DNA from: Octopus vulgaris
Lineage: Eukaryota
Assembly: GCA_951406725.2 (NCBI GenBank)
Contig: OX597826.1
Span: 35,712,001 to 35,776,000 of the forward strand
Reading direction: 5' to 3'
Length of the DNA: 64,000 nt
Below the pieces are notes generated by a model. That model saw only the letters and a program-made list of their open reading frames with translations, was not told the origin of the DNA and made no database searches. The position numbers were made by a program, and so were the translations under genes. Within the stretch, counting starts at the first letter, position 1; each line of letters opens with the position of its first letter. Positions 1 through 13,315 of this stretch are shown piece after piece.

Positions 1-340
1 AGTATTTACACCAATCATATAACCTGCTCCTTGCTATTTGCATGTGTATCTGGCTGATAACACCTGTACTTCAGTATCAGTATTAGGACTTTCATTTCTA
101 AACTAGTATGCCAAGGTTTACACCTGTGGCACCATTATTTACACCTCTGCTTCACTGCTTACTCATGTCCATAAATGTTTGTATGATGTACCTCACTATT
201 TACAGCTGTAACTTAGTATTTTCACCTGCAATTCAATGTCAATACCTGCACATCAATGTTTACACCTGCAGCACATTATTTTTTCTTGCACCTCAGTATT
301 TACACCTGTACCCTGTTGTTTACACCTGTACCTCAGGATC
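1..340. repeat. Degenerate ~20-bp minisatellite (tatttacacctgtacctcag-like)
   Basis: tttacacctg and cacctg recur at roughly 20-bp spacing, clearest in 190-340. Confidence 0.7.
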
Positions 341-420
341 TACCACAAAGTTGTTAAAATATTGATAATATACATAAACATCAAAGTGAGAATTCCCATA
401 AAAAGCAGGAATTGATGTTG

Positions 421-830
421 TTTTCTTTTACTTGTTTCTGTCATTAGATGGTGGCCATGCTGGGGCACGGCCTCGAAGAATTTCTTTTAGTTGAAGGAAT
501 CAGCCACAGTGCTTATTGTTTTTTAAATCCTGGTATTTATTCTATTGGTCACTTCTGCCAAACCGCTAAGTTATGGGGATGTAAACAAACCAACACTGGC
601 GGTCAAGCAGTGGTGGGGCACAAAAGCACACCACACACATACACACACACACACATATATATACACATGACAAGATTCTTTTAGTTTCCATCTACCAAGC
701 CAACTCGCAAAGCTTTGATCAGCCCAACACAGTAGTAGAGGTCACTTCCCCAAGCTGGAGTGCAGTAAGACTGAACCTAGAACCATGTGGCTGGGAAGCA
801 AACTTCTTATCACACAGCCATGCCTGCACC
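421..830 (-). mobile_element. tRNA-derived SINE, family A, near full length
   Basis: Reverse complement of ggcatggctgtgtggtaagaag (A box) ...ggttcagtc (B box) ...ttggtagatggaaact, an internal (CA/TA) tract, and the tail ccagcatggcc...gaaacaagtaaaaga. Confidence 0.75.
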
Positions 831-1215
831 TATCCAATCTTCTCCAAGAATTGAAACCAGACAGCTGATTATATCTCAGTTTGTTTACATTTCGGTCAAT
901 GGTGTTCAGCAACAGTTTAGAATATCAATGGAATGTTTACAAAAAAATATTCGATATTTCTCAAATGAATCTAAATTATTGTAGCATGGGGTTTTGCCAA
1001 AATGTCTCACCTTCGATTTAAAATAGTAACAAAGATATGTGCCTGGAATATTTTACATTACATCAATCACTATATTCTTTGATTGTCAAAAATATCATGT
1101 TTGTCAATTCTAAAAGGTTAACTATTTCAAGTAGGAAAAGAACTCATAAATTCTGTATTTTGATGGCTTACACATTAACACACACACATGCATGCACACA
1201 ATATTACACACACTT

Positions 1216-1246
<31 letters not shown>

Positions 1247-1349
1247 AAACAAAACAAAACGAATGAAATTTTTACATATCTGTATCTTTAGACATATATA
1301 TGTGTTTATATTTGTACACTCACACATTCATAGATGCATATCATATATG

Positions 1350-1404
<55 letters not shown>

Positions 1405-2157
1405 TATATACATATATACATACACCTATACATACATATATGTGTGTGTGTGTATATATATATAAATGTACCTATTTTCAATTATCATGCAAACATCTAG
1501 CAAAAGGGAAGACACGAAAATGTGTACACATGCATGTAAGTGCATGCACATGTGCACATGCATGCATGCACACATGTATTTACACAAAGGCTTCTTTCAG
1601 TTTCCATCTACTGAATCCTCTTGCAAGGCTTTAGTCAGCCCAGAGCTTCACTAGAGGACACTTAGTCAAGATGCTGTATATGTACATGTGTGTGTAGATA
1701 TAGCAAGTGAGAGATAGACAGACAGAGAGAGTGAGAGAGACAGATAGATAAATAGATAGACAGGCAGGCAGACGGACAGACAGGCAGACGGACAGACAGG
1801 CAGACGGACAGACAGGCAGACAGATGGATAGATAAATATATAGCGCATGTGTGCATATCTTTGTGTATGTTTGTATGTATTTATGTATGTAAGCATGTAC
1901 ATACATGTGAATCTACTTCTCTGTGTAATTGTGTGTGTGTGTGTGTATTTCTCATTCTCAATATAGTTATGTTTTATGTATTCCCACATTAAATCTTTTT
2001 TTATTTCTTGTTTGTTTTCTTCTACATTAAGAGTAATTTATTTCACAAAACAAAGAGAAGATACAAGAACAATTAGGCTTAACGAACAAACTAACTTGGA
2101 TAAATTACCTTGTTTGGACAAACTCACATCTTTGAATGATTTTTATCTCTGTTTCTG

Positions 2158-2207
<50 letters not shown>

Positions 2208-2785
2208 CCATCATTCTGCATATCTCTGTATCTCTTTCTGTCCATTTCTCTGTCTATCTCTGTCTCTCTCCATTCATCTGTCTATATCTCCATGTACCTC
2301 TCTCTCTCTGTCTTTATCTTCATTTGTCAGTTTATCTATCTATCTATCTGTCTCCCGTCTCTAGCTCCCTTTTTATCTCATTGTGTAACAATTTCTTTAT
2401 CTCCCTATTTATCTCTATCTGTCCGTCTTTCCTTGTCATTCTCTCTACAATCCTCTCTCCTCTATCTCTCTCTGTCTCTCTCTCACCGTCTTTTTACATA
2501 TGTTTCCCCATCTACACACACACACACACACACGTAACCCTAACCCTCAGACAGTATCTCTGTGACCCTGTGTGTTACAATGCTGAACCTTTCAACTCCC
2601 TCCATAGTTCATCCAACAGGTTTCACCTCAGTTTCCTTTTTATCTCTTTCACCCATGATGTTTGGAAGGCTATGGTAGAAATTCAGTAACAAACTATGGG
2701 ATTGAGCTGTGGACATTGCATTTGCAAACACACTTCTAAACAATTCAGCCATGTCTGTGACTCGCTACCACTACCAGCCCATCTC

Positions 2786-2960
2786 CTACCACTGCCACCA
2801 CCATCACCACCACAGCCACCACCATCACCACCACTGCCACCACCATCACCACCACTGCCACCACCATCACCACCACTGCCATCATCACTGCCACCACCAT
2901 CACCACCACTGCCACCACCATCACCACCACTGCCATCATCACCACCTCCACTACCACCCA
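2786..2960. repeat. 21-bp tandem (ccactgccaccaccatcacca)n within a CAC-rich low-complexity zone extending to about 3590
   Basis: Directly visible tandem units. Confidence 0.9.
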
Positions 2961-5084
2961 CCCCAACTGACACTACCAACCCCTTCCCCTAACACCCGTT
3001 CCATCACAACCACCCACACTCTGCTACCACCACCCTCACCATAACCATTTCTACCAACGCCAACGTCATCACCACCACTACTAATAACCACCGACACTAT
3101 TGCCGTTGCCATCCCCCCACCATTACAACCAACATTCCACCACCGCCAATGCAAGCACAACTCGGATCTTCACCCTCACCACCATACCCACCAACATCAC
3201 CATTTCAACTACAGCCACTACAACCATAGGCATAAGCACTATCACCTACACTGCCAATACCACTAACCAACACAACTGACAGCTTTATTATGCAGTTGCC
3301 ACCACTACAACCTTTAACAGCCTAACTGTTTCCACAACCACCACCATCATCACCACTAACCATCCTTATGTTCACCATCTAGATGCCTCTACCAAAAACC
3401 ACCACAACCATTACCTCCAGTACCAATACCACTGTGAGCACCATCATCACTATTAACATCATCTTCACCAAGCCAATTTCCACCACCACCACAATAACCA
3501 CTAGCATCACTGCTGCTGCTACTGCTACCATCACTACTACTACTACTACTACCACCACCACCACCACCATGACTGCTACTATTATTACCATCTGTTTACC
3601 CATTCAATTAATTTATTTTTTATCTAAAATTTAGCGCAAATATTTTCACAAAAGTGTTGCTGAACACAAGTGTCCAGAAATAATTGCTCAAGCCCCAACA
3701 GTTATTTTGTTTTTATTTTTCCTTTCCTGTTTAAACAAACTGGGATGTTTTACTTTGATTAAATTCCTTCCCTGCCTCCGTCCCCAATCTTCCATCCTCC
3801 TCCTACCCACCCCATCCTTAGTTTCTCTGCACACCGCCAACAACAGTTACAACTCCCACCGGCCAAACCTCCCCCCTCCTCATAGCCTTGTATTATGTGA
3901 TGCAGCCTGTCACTCACAGCAATGTTTGCCACCAGACAAATATATGCTAATTGTGTTGTAGGATGAAGCAATAATTTGATGTTAAATCCTGCTTGATACC
4001 AACAAAAGCCATACCTATTTGCTGGCTATTTTCACCAGGATTACCATTAAGAAATGTAATGCATACCGTTTGTTAGAGTTGAATTCGAAGGATATTGGCT
4101 TCAATTCTTTGATTCTCTCTTCATTGATGGATTTCTATTTATCTATTTATTTATCGATTCATTTATTTATTTATTTATCTATTTGTGTTTTCTTTTTTTA
4201 TGTTAAGAAAGTGGAGAGGTCGGATGTTCTCAGATTCTTGTTGGCCTTTCACAGAGGAGACAGGGAAGGGATTTAGACAAGAGTCAATATTAAGTGTGGT
4301 ACAATTGGCTCAGCACATTTGAAGAGAGGTGGGGTGAGAGAAAGACACAGAGAGAGGAAGAAAGAGAAATGAAGTGTGTGAGAGAGAGAGAGAAAGAAAA
4401 TAGAGAAAAGAGAAAGATGGAGAGATGTATTAAAATGATGATTAAGATGATGAGGAGGAGGAGGAGAAGGAGGATTTTTTTTTTTATTATTGCAGTTATT
4501 TCCCATCAACAGGCTATTAGGCTTTCTACTACAAACATGTCAGAGATTGGTTACACTTGGATTCACATCATAGGAGGTGCTCCAGCATGACCTAAACATA
4601 TTTTGCATCACTGTGAAAGTGAAATGGCTCTGTATTTGACACCACACACGGCTGAATGAGATAGTATCATAGGTTTGTTACTCAGTCACCATTCAGTGGA
4701 GTGTCAACACAAGGGCAGAAGTAGTCTTTATGTTCAAACTGAGGTTGGATGACTCAACTATGGAGTTTTAGTCTATGCAAACAGTAGGGATTAAGTACCC
4801 TACTCTTGTGGATAGGGTAGCCAGTTGTAGGTGGTATATATGGATTGTTGGCTGCCAATGGCTTTAAGTTCATTAACAGGGCACATCTATGGTGGCAACA
4901 ATAAGATTGTTTATTCTTCCTGCTGATCGGTAATGCAGGTTGGTGCACTGTGAGCATTCTCTAGCAGAGACAGAGTCAGAAATTGCAAGTTCTAGATAAG
5001 GTGGGAGAGCTATGAATGATACATGTTGATGTTGAAGTTGTTCTGATGGTCACAGAGTCTCCAGATGAAGTGACACACAGAGGT

Positions 5085-5460
5085 GGAGCTTACCCTAGCC
5101 CTACACCTGAAGAAGTGTATATGCTGTGTTCACTTTAATTTAAAATCATTGACTGTCATACCCATATAGGGCCTTGTGATGTGATCAGATAATTACAATC
5201 CTTAGACTACAGTCTTTGAGAAACAGGATCCCCCCAGTGGGTAATTGGTAGGTTACATGTTGGGCAATGAATTGGAGGTTGTGTAGGTATGTGTCTATGT
5301 CTGTTGTATTGTGTGATATTTGAAGCAATGTTGTCTAAACAAGAATGGCTAACCTTAATACTGTGGGTGATGTATGGGGGATGAAGAGCATATGATGAAG
5401 TGGTCCACATTATCCTCTAAATTTTGAAGGATGTCCAGGCCTTTCACTTCAGTATATATG
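5085..5460 (-). pseudogene. Decayed Penelope-like element, linker and GIY-YIG endonuclease region
   Basis: Frameshifted minus-strand pieces in order: SIKVSHSCLDNIASNITQYNR; TCN...YPLGGSCFSKTVV*; YMGMTVNDFKLK*TQHIHFFR. These resemble the PLE motifs VSYSC..N..S.I..HN, CNC..CPL.G.C and YIG.T...FK.R...H..SF. Confidence 0.6.
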
Positions 5461-5886
5461 TTGTTGTATGTAAAGATACTCATTTCCTTGAAGGTTTTTG
5501 TGATTGTGTTTGTAATAAGTCTTATGTGCATAGGAGTGTTTATTTCATATATATATATATTGTTTTGTTGGTGAGATTGTGTACATTATGGGGACTTAAT
5601 TTATGCCATGTATTTATTTGAAATGTTTAGGTAGGAGTTAGAATAATGCCAAAATCTTACCTATATATGATGTTCAATAAATCAACTTCAAAACTGTTGA
5701 TCCCCTTTATCTGGAGAGGGCTGAACTTGTCAGTTGGTCTGCTGGTGGACACATTTTCAAAGAAACCCACCAAAATATCAGGTACACATTTTACACATTT
5801 GAACACATGATCTATGAACAGCATGAAAATCAATTAACCTATCCACAAATGTAAATTACCTCTTCACAGAAGTCAAATGTATTATT

Positions 5887-6300
5887 GGATTAAAAGAAGA
5901 AAAATAGATTATTTTCGTGGATATATTTGGCTTAAAGAATTAAATCAACAAAACTTATTCAAACCAAATATTTATTTAGCAGTTTGAATACAATATTTAA
6001 AAACTGTGTCTCTATACAAAATTATACACCTGAATAGATAAACATCCTAATATTACTAAATATTTACATTTAAAAAATTACTTTATAATCTATATATTTT
6101 TTTATAACAAATCAATATTATTAAAACTGTAGATTTGATTTCTTATCTGTGTGTTCATTGACTGTGATTTTAATTCCTCCATTTAAAATATGAATTAATC
6201 AATTAGGCTTGAGAAAATGTGGGGAAATGAAATAAAATATGCCATCACACAGTTGTGGGTATGATAGTTGTGAGATCAGTGGTTCCTTATGTTATAGGTG
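5887..6300 (+). repeat. Copy 1 of a ~400-bp dispersed direct duplication
   Basis: Near-identical to 34191-34602, including long exact runs such as tttgaatacaatatttaaaaactgtgtctctatacaaaattatacacctgaatagataaacatcc. Confidence 0.95.
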
Positions 6301-6584
6301 TATTCCTGAAAATTTTATCATCACATTGTGTATCTAAGACAAGTCAGCTTCATCATGTTTTGCATTCTGCATGCTGTCAGAATGTTTATTTGTCTTAATG
6401 TGTTCCTACTTCTTACTCTAGAGAATGGTACCCACCTCTGATGCCTTTATTGGTTCTACTGAGAGGAATTTGTCTTGGTTACAGATATATAAGATTCATG
6501 TGATGAGTAATAAGCCATTAATTCTTTATTAACCACTCAGTCATTTGTTACTATGTGGTGAATTGTAGAGGCATTTGATGACTG

Positions 6585-7005
6585 GTGCATGTATGACTGG
6601 GTGGTTGGAAAAAGTTTGCTCCCCCACCAAATATTTTCAGCTTCAGTGCCACTGTGTGACATCTTGGACATGTATCTTCTACTAAAGCTCTGTGCTGACC
6701 AAAACTCTTGTTAGTGGATTTGGTAAATGGTAATTGATAGAAATTCATCATTACATGTATGTGTGTCTTCTTGTCTTGACATCATGTGATAGTTGTAAAT
6801 GCATGTCAATTATCAGTGTCATAGAAGCAGTGTTCTTCATTTCTAATATTCTACATAAACATGTCCAGCCATGGAGAAATATTACCTTACTCAGAAACAG
6901 ATGAAGCTTGGAGACAGAAAAGGCAACCAGCTGTAAAATATCTGCTGCAATAAACTCCATCCAACCCAAGCAAGCATCGAAAAGTGGATGCTGAAACGAT
7001 GGTGG
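6585..7005 (+). mobile_element. SINE with a family A head and an RTE-type 3' tail
   Basis: A diverged family A head and core are followed by aaggcaaccagctgtaaaa...ccaacccaagcaagcatcgaaaagtggatgctgaaacgatg. Confidence 0.6.
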
Positions 7006-9317
7006 TTTTCCGTCATTACAAAACTTGACCAAAATTGGAACTAGTAATATACCATCGTACAGTTGGTATTAGTTTAATTCCTCCCCAGCAAAATTCTTCC
7101 ACGTATCCAATGCTAAAATAAAAAGATTCTTTAGTATCAGAACAATAATACGTATATTTCCATTCAGTTGGAGTTAGTTCTTTCTCTTGAAAAAAATAAA
7201 AGAAAACTGTTTTGTGCCTCTGTAAGCAATCATGGTTTTATTAAAGGTGTTTCTGTTTTAAGAATTGTCCTTATTCAGAATTAATTTATTCCTAAAATAA
7301 TTTTATCTTTTATTTAATCTTACAATTTTCCTTTTTAATGTTTTTTCCCCTTCTCTCATTGCCAGAGAAACCATTGTTCTTATTGGTAAAAGTTTTCAAG
7401 TGTCACATTCCTGTATTTACCATTTTTGAAAACAAACATTGAAATTTCAGTGAAATTTTATTAAAGGAACTTTATATTGAAAGGTCATGTATCCATTGTT
7501 CTGAAAGTCTTCATTTACTGTTTCCTATCAACATATAACAATACAGTGATCAGAATTGAACACTTTATTTCCATTTTTATGCCCATTACCAAGTGTTCAG
7601 AATTGTGAAAATATCCTCCACCTCTGTCCCCCTTAGAAACTCCTACTGATTCTTTAAGCGTGGATATATTTATTGCTGTTTTTTTTCTTATATATTTACC
7701 AACTTGTTGATTTGGAAGACAATGAGGGAAAATAAATGACCTTTTGAAAAATTTTCACCTATTCTATTGTAACCAATATTTTTGAGAATGCATCAATTGA
7801 ATGCTGAATATACACTCTTTGAGGACCAATAAAAATAATAAAAGGATTAACTTCTAAAAATCTTAACCCTTGATGTACAACTACTCACAACTACTATTCA
7901 CCTCTCTTTGACATACTTCAATCACAGATGTATCGTCAATCAATAAGCTCAGAATTAAATTAACGAGGAAAAAAAATTAAATCATAATAATAATAATAAT
8001 ATAAAAGACAGTGAGTAAATGATAGAATAGAGGCAACAACACGAGTTTACTTTTTAACTGACATGGTGGCTGCTTTTAGAAAATGAAGTACCATGGTAGA
8101 AGGATTATCACCTCCATGGTATAATACTTAAGAGAGAAGCCTAATGGATAAATTTCAAAGAGATGGAAGAGATTGGAGAAGATTTTAAAAGATTTAGAAT
8201 GGACTTATGCATTTTATTTTATCGTATTAAGAATGTTTTAGTTCTCACAATTTTCTTCATATATTTCATTTATCACACTTTCTTTTCTCAGTTTACTTTA
8301 AAGTATGTAGCTCAAGAAAGATTTTGCTTCACTTACCAAAGCTACTTGTTTTACTTTTTTTTCTGCATTTTTAATTTTTTTTTGTTTTAATTTTTGGTTT
8401 GCTCATTTTTTTTTTCAAAATTTTATTACATTTTTTTGTGTTCTTTATTATCAATCACATTCCCACCCAAAGAGTTCAGTTCTAATGGTTGCATTATTCT
8501 AGTTCCTTTTTAAATTATTTTATTTCACCAAGTGTGAAGCATCAATAACAGTAAAATGGTGGACTATTGAGAAAAAAATCTTTGATTCTGCACAACATGA
8601 ATAGCGAAGATCTGAATTGACGTTGAGTGGCTTTAGATGTTGGCCTTCAAGAGAAAAGAAAAAAAAAAATAATGAACTTTTTTTGTTGCATTTTTTTTCT
8701 CTACATTCTATGGGATTTCCTTTTTCATGAGGAAAAGCTAACTGATTCCCTCAGCTTCAAATACCATTCTTTGTGAGGGTGTAATAAAAATACTAACTCA
8801 ACACCCAGACTTTACTGAGAAATATATATTTCTAATGGGAAAGGTTAGACAAATAAATAAAAGATAAGAACAAAACTACTTCTACATAGAATTCTTCATT
8901 TCTCTATGAGTCTTTAATATTATATATTTTCTTTGAAATATTACTTTTATTCATTTCCTTTTGTAACTAGCTGTAGTTAATGTCATTTGATATTATACAC
9001 ACAAGCTTATATCAGAATATACAACTGGAAGTAGTCACAAGACTAGTGAAGGGTACCTTTGGGAAGAAAGAAAATAAAACATTTCACCTGACTACATTCT
9101 GACAGTTTAGGAAACTGAATTGATGGTTAATATCCTCTCATGAAAAATACAAGCTGTGACCCTGGTAGAAACGATTAATTCACAGTTCCTCACTCAACTT
9201 CGGTGTAAATCAGCTCTATAGAGAAGCAAGGAATGAAAAAAATCAAGGCTTCAGTCAGAGCAGAATCAAGCTAAAACAAGCTTCCTTCATGCACACTTAC
9301 ACACACGTGTGTGTGTG

Positions 9318-9685
9318 TGGAGGCACAATGGCCCAGTGGTTAGGACAGCAGACATGTGGTTTTGATTCCCAAACTAGGCATGGTGAGTGTTTATTCAGTG
9401 AAAACACCTAAAGCTCCACGAGGCTCTGGTGGGGCGGGGGGAGGCGAACCCTGCTATATTCTTTCACCACAACTTTCTCTCGCTCTTTCTTCCTGTTTCT
9501 GTTGTACCTGTATTTCAAAGGGCCAGCCATGTCACACTCTGTGTCAGGCCAAATCTCCCCCTGAGAACTATGTTAAGAGTACACATGTTTGTGGATTGCT
9601 CAGTCACTTGCACATTAATTTCATGAGCAAGCTGTTCCATTGATCAGATCAACTGGAACCCTCATCATAACCGACGGAGCGCCAC
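9318..9685 (+). mobile_element. tRNA-derived SINE, family C
   Basis: Head ggaggcacaatggcccagtggttagg has an A box. The 3' part gagtacacatgtttgtgga..ctcagtcacttgcacattaatttca recurs in diverged form at about 37275-37385. Confidence 0.6.
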
Positions 9686-10749
9686 CTAAATATATATATA
9701 TATATGTATATATACGCATACATATACACACACACAAGCGTATCTATACAGCACCATTGTCGTTGCCACCCTCACCATCATCACCGTCATCTATTCTATT
9801 AATTTTTCACTAAACTGTTTGTTTGCTTCTTTAACTTCTACATTCAGTTCTGTGTTTGATTTTTTTTGCATTTTTCCATGTTATGGCAGTGTTTAGTCAT
9901 GTAACTTAATTATACATGGCAGCCATTTTGGATGGAAGAATGCAAAGGGTGTAAATAAAATTTTTAAACTTTCGGAAACAAATTATTTTTCTATGTTGTC
10001 AACCCTCTGAGAACCATGGGCAACTCTCCTTTGAGCAATGAGGGTTCTTTTTATTGAATCCAAGGAAAAGTTTGTTCGGAAAGACTTCGGGAAAAAACAA
10101 AAACAAAAAGAAAAGATTCTAAGAGAGAAGTGAAAATATGCCTTCACTACACGAATCATTGCTAATAATGATGATGATGAAGATGATGATGCCGACAATG
10201 ACGATGATGAAAAAGGGAAGGAGGCGGAGGAGGAGGGGAAAGAGGGAGAGGGATTTATTTGCTCATCACATGATGATAGAAATATTTCAAATACAGGCAA
10301 AGTCGACCTCGGTAGAATTTGAACTCAGAACATAGTGATGGCTGATATACTGCTAAGTATTTCATCCAGCATGCTAACAATTCTGCCAGCTCACTGCCTA
10401 AAAATAATAATAATAATAATATTGATTTACAGGTAGGGGTCTCTGAAAGGGTTCTCAGTGAGTAGCGTCCCTGCCTTCCTGAGCTACTTTGCCACCACAT
10501 TTCTTAAAAACCATGGTAAGCAAGGGCATGCTCCCTGTAGAAAATCCAGCTCCAGAATAGCTTCATGATAGTAAGGGAGAATGGGAAAGAGCCAGCCCAA
10601 AGGTTGGAGTGGGCTGCACCTGCCTACTTTGGTTGCTATGGCACTGAGGTAGATCCAGCCACCCATGTTAATGGAGACAAAACTCAGTTTTAAAACACTA
10701 GATGATGATGCACCCAAGAAGAAGCTTTCAGAACTAATTATATCAATAC

Positions 10750-10935
10750 ATTTCTATATTTAAGAGATGAAGGATTATGTACATTATTTACATTTTATGG
10801 ATATTTGTCCTCATCTTGTTTGTTGTTAACACAACGTTTCGGCTGATATACCCTCCAGCCTTCATCAGGTGTCTTGGGGAAATTTTGAACCTAGGTTCTC
10901 ATACCTAAGGTATTTTTCGATGTTGTTGTTATTAT
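10750..10935 (-). mobile_element. Penelope-like terminal (pseudo-LTR) fragment containing a hammerhead motif
   Basis: A second copy lies at about 59789-59978, and both carry the CTGAnGA...GAAAC core on the minus strand. Confidence 0.6.
10828..10873 (-). ncRNA. Minimal type I hammerhead ribozyme motif
   Basis: The minus strand reads GACAC-CUGAUGA-A-GGCUG(gaggguauau)CAGCC-GAAAC-GUU-GUGUU: complete core, 5-bp stem I, 5-bp stem II and loopless palindromic stem III (AACGUU). Confidence 0.75.
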
Positions 10936-10991
10936 TATAATTATTATTATTCAGGTCACTGCCTGAATATGAAATATAACTATACATACAT

Positions 10992-11038
<47 letters not shown>

Positions 11039-11907
11039 CACATACATTCACATATATATGAATGTATATATGTATGTGTATATGTATGTGTATGTATATA
11101 TATATATATGTGCGTGTGTGTATGTATAGTTATATTTCATATTCATGCTGTTTTGATACTTCTGTGACTATATATTTATGAACATATATAGTTACAGCCA
11201 TACCAAATCATACACACACATGCACACCATTCACATAATTCAATAAGACGAGAAGTGAATTGTGCAGCCTATCTTCATATATATTATATTTCCAATTCGT
11301 TAATATACCAAATTTTAACGAAGTAAAGTAATTAGAATTTCAGATTTACAAATATTGGTTGGTTGAATTCTTCTATCACTGATCACAGAAGCAAGCATAT
11401 GTAAATAATTATCTCTAGATTTTTCAGCTACAAACCTTTCTCCTGGGAGTAAATGTCATGCTATGCAAGAACCACTTCTCGTCGAGATATGTAAATAATG
11501 CAAATGTAACTTTGCGCTTACCATACACATGCATTTAATATTTCCTGGAACCTCAAGAGATTGGTTCTTTACACTACATGCACACAAGTTTGTGAGGAAT
11601 TGGATTATTTCCAAATAACTTATTGAGGTGAAGTTTACAAACGTCAGCTTTTTTTATTTTCTTGGAGGAAGATTAGCATTAAGAGTAACCCTGACTAGCC
11701 AACATGCACTTGGTTACCTAGAGAGATGGAAACATTTCTTTAATTGAATATACATGATGCAAATTAGATATTTAATTGATGATTATAATGTACATGAGGT
11801 AACGCACACCTGAAGGTACGTAATTTTTTAATTTTAAAATTATATGCATACACATACACAAATACACACACACACAGATATGTACATATACATATATAGA
11901 TATATCA

Positions 11908-11939
<32 letters not shown>

Positions 11940-12242
11940 CACACACACATATGTATGCATAAATATACACATATACATATATACATGTATGTACACATGC
12001 ACACACACAATGACATACGTTCTCACACACATCATCCAACCTCTCAAACTTATACCCCACTGCTACTACACCCTGATGATAGACAAAATTGGTTCCATTC
12101 CACATGCGTTTTACCATACATATGACTACTTTCAGTATTGAGTGATGCACCATCAGAAAATGTTTGATCATTATTCTTAAACAAGCTTTAAAATAACCTC
12201 ATTTAACACACACACACACACACAAATGCATCCATCCATACA

Positions 12243-12302
<60 letters not shown>

Positions 12303-12304
<2 letters not shown>

Positions 12305-12825
12305 ATCATCATCATCATCATTTAACATCTATTTCCCATTCTGGCATAGGTTGGACAGTCTGACTGAAAACTGGTAAGCTGGGGAGCTGCACAGGTTCTG
12401 ATTTGATTTAGCAGGGTTTCTATGGCTGGATGCTCTTTGTAACACCAACCACTTTGAGAGTATAGTGAGTGTTTTTTATATGCCACTGGCGCGGGTGTCA
12501 TTGACCTGACACCGGCATTGGCCACAACTACAGTCTCACTTGGGTTAACAGGTCTACACAAGCACGTTATATCACCAAAGGTCTTGGTCACCTGTTACTG
12601 CCACCATGAGGCCCTACACTTGAATGGTGCTTTTTACATGTCACCAGCACAAGTGCCAGTCAGACGGTACTGGCATCAGCCATGTCTATGAATTCACTTG
12701 GCTGGACAGGTCTTCATAAGCACAGCATGTTGCTCAATGTTTGAAGGGTGCTTTTAACGGGCCATTTACATGACACTGGTATCAACCATGACTATGATCT
12801 TATATTGATGGGTCTTCTCAAGTAC
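12303..12825 (-). mobile_element. RTE-family 3' UTR fragment
   Basis: catcatcatttaacatc...ggttggacag...ggctggatgc...caaccact...gtgccag matches the reverse complement of the family tail. Confidence 0.7.
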
Positions 12826-12909
12826 TCTATGTATGTGAGGATAATATCCAGGTTGGTCATGAATTAGAAAATTTCACAGCAAATCGACACAACTGAAAGA
12901 ATATTTCTG

Positions 12910-13315
12910 TAGGCACAGGCATGGCTGTGTGGTAAGAAGCTTGCTAGTGAACCATGTGGTTTTGGCTTCAGTTGTCTTTTACTACAGCCTCAGGCTGATC
13001 AAGGCCTTGTGAGTGGATTTGGTAGATAGAAACTGAAAGAAGCCCATCGTATATACATACACACACACACATATATACGTATATGTACATATGTATATAT
13101 CTGTGTGTGTGTCTTTGTGTGTGTGTTTGTCCCCCACCACCACTTGACAACCAGAGTTGGGGTGTTTACCTCCCCATCAGATACCAGTTCAGCAATAGAA
13201 TAAGTACCAGGCTTTAAAAAACAAGTCCTGGGGCCAATTTGTTTGACTAAAACTGTTCAAGCTGGTGCTCCAGTATGGCCACAATCAAATGACTGAAACA
13301 ATTAAAAGATTAAGA
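12910..13315 (+). mobile_element. tRNA-derived SINE, family A (fragments also at about 1575-1670, 19765-19905, 20140-20300, 30530-30690, 60130-60370, 61875-62035)
   Basis: ggcatggctgtgtggtaagaagcttgc...ccttgtgagtggatttggtagatagaaactgaaagaagccc...gactgaaacaattaaaaga. Confidence 0.78.

Noticed and set aside
2534-2547. Telomeric (TAACCC)n seed
   Set aside because: Only two units, which is compatible with chance.
2696-2992. Proline-rich extensin- or formin-like ORF, and the His- and Gly-rich alternatives
   Set aside because: A 21-bp CAC-rich tandem repeat open in several frames on both strands, with no supporting gene structure.
9318-9380. Functional tRNA gene
   Set aside because: It has an A-box-like head but no full cloverleaf, and it continues into a SINE body.
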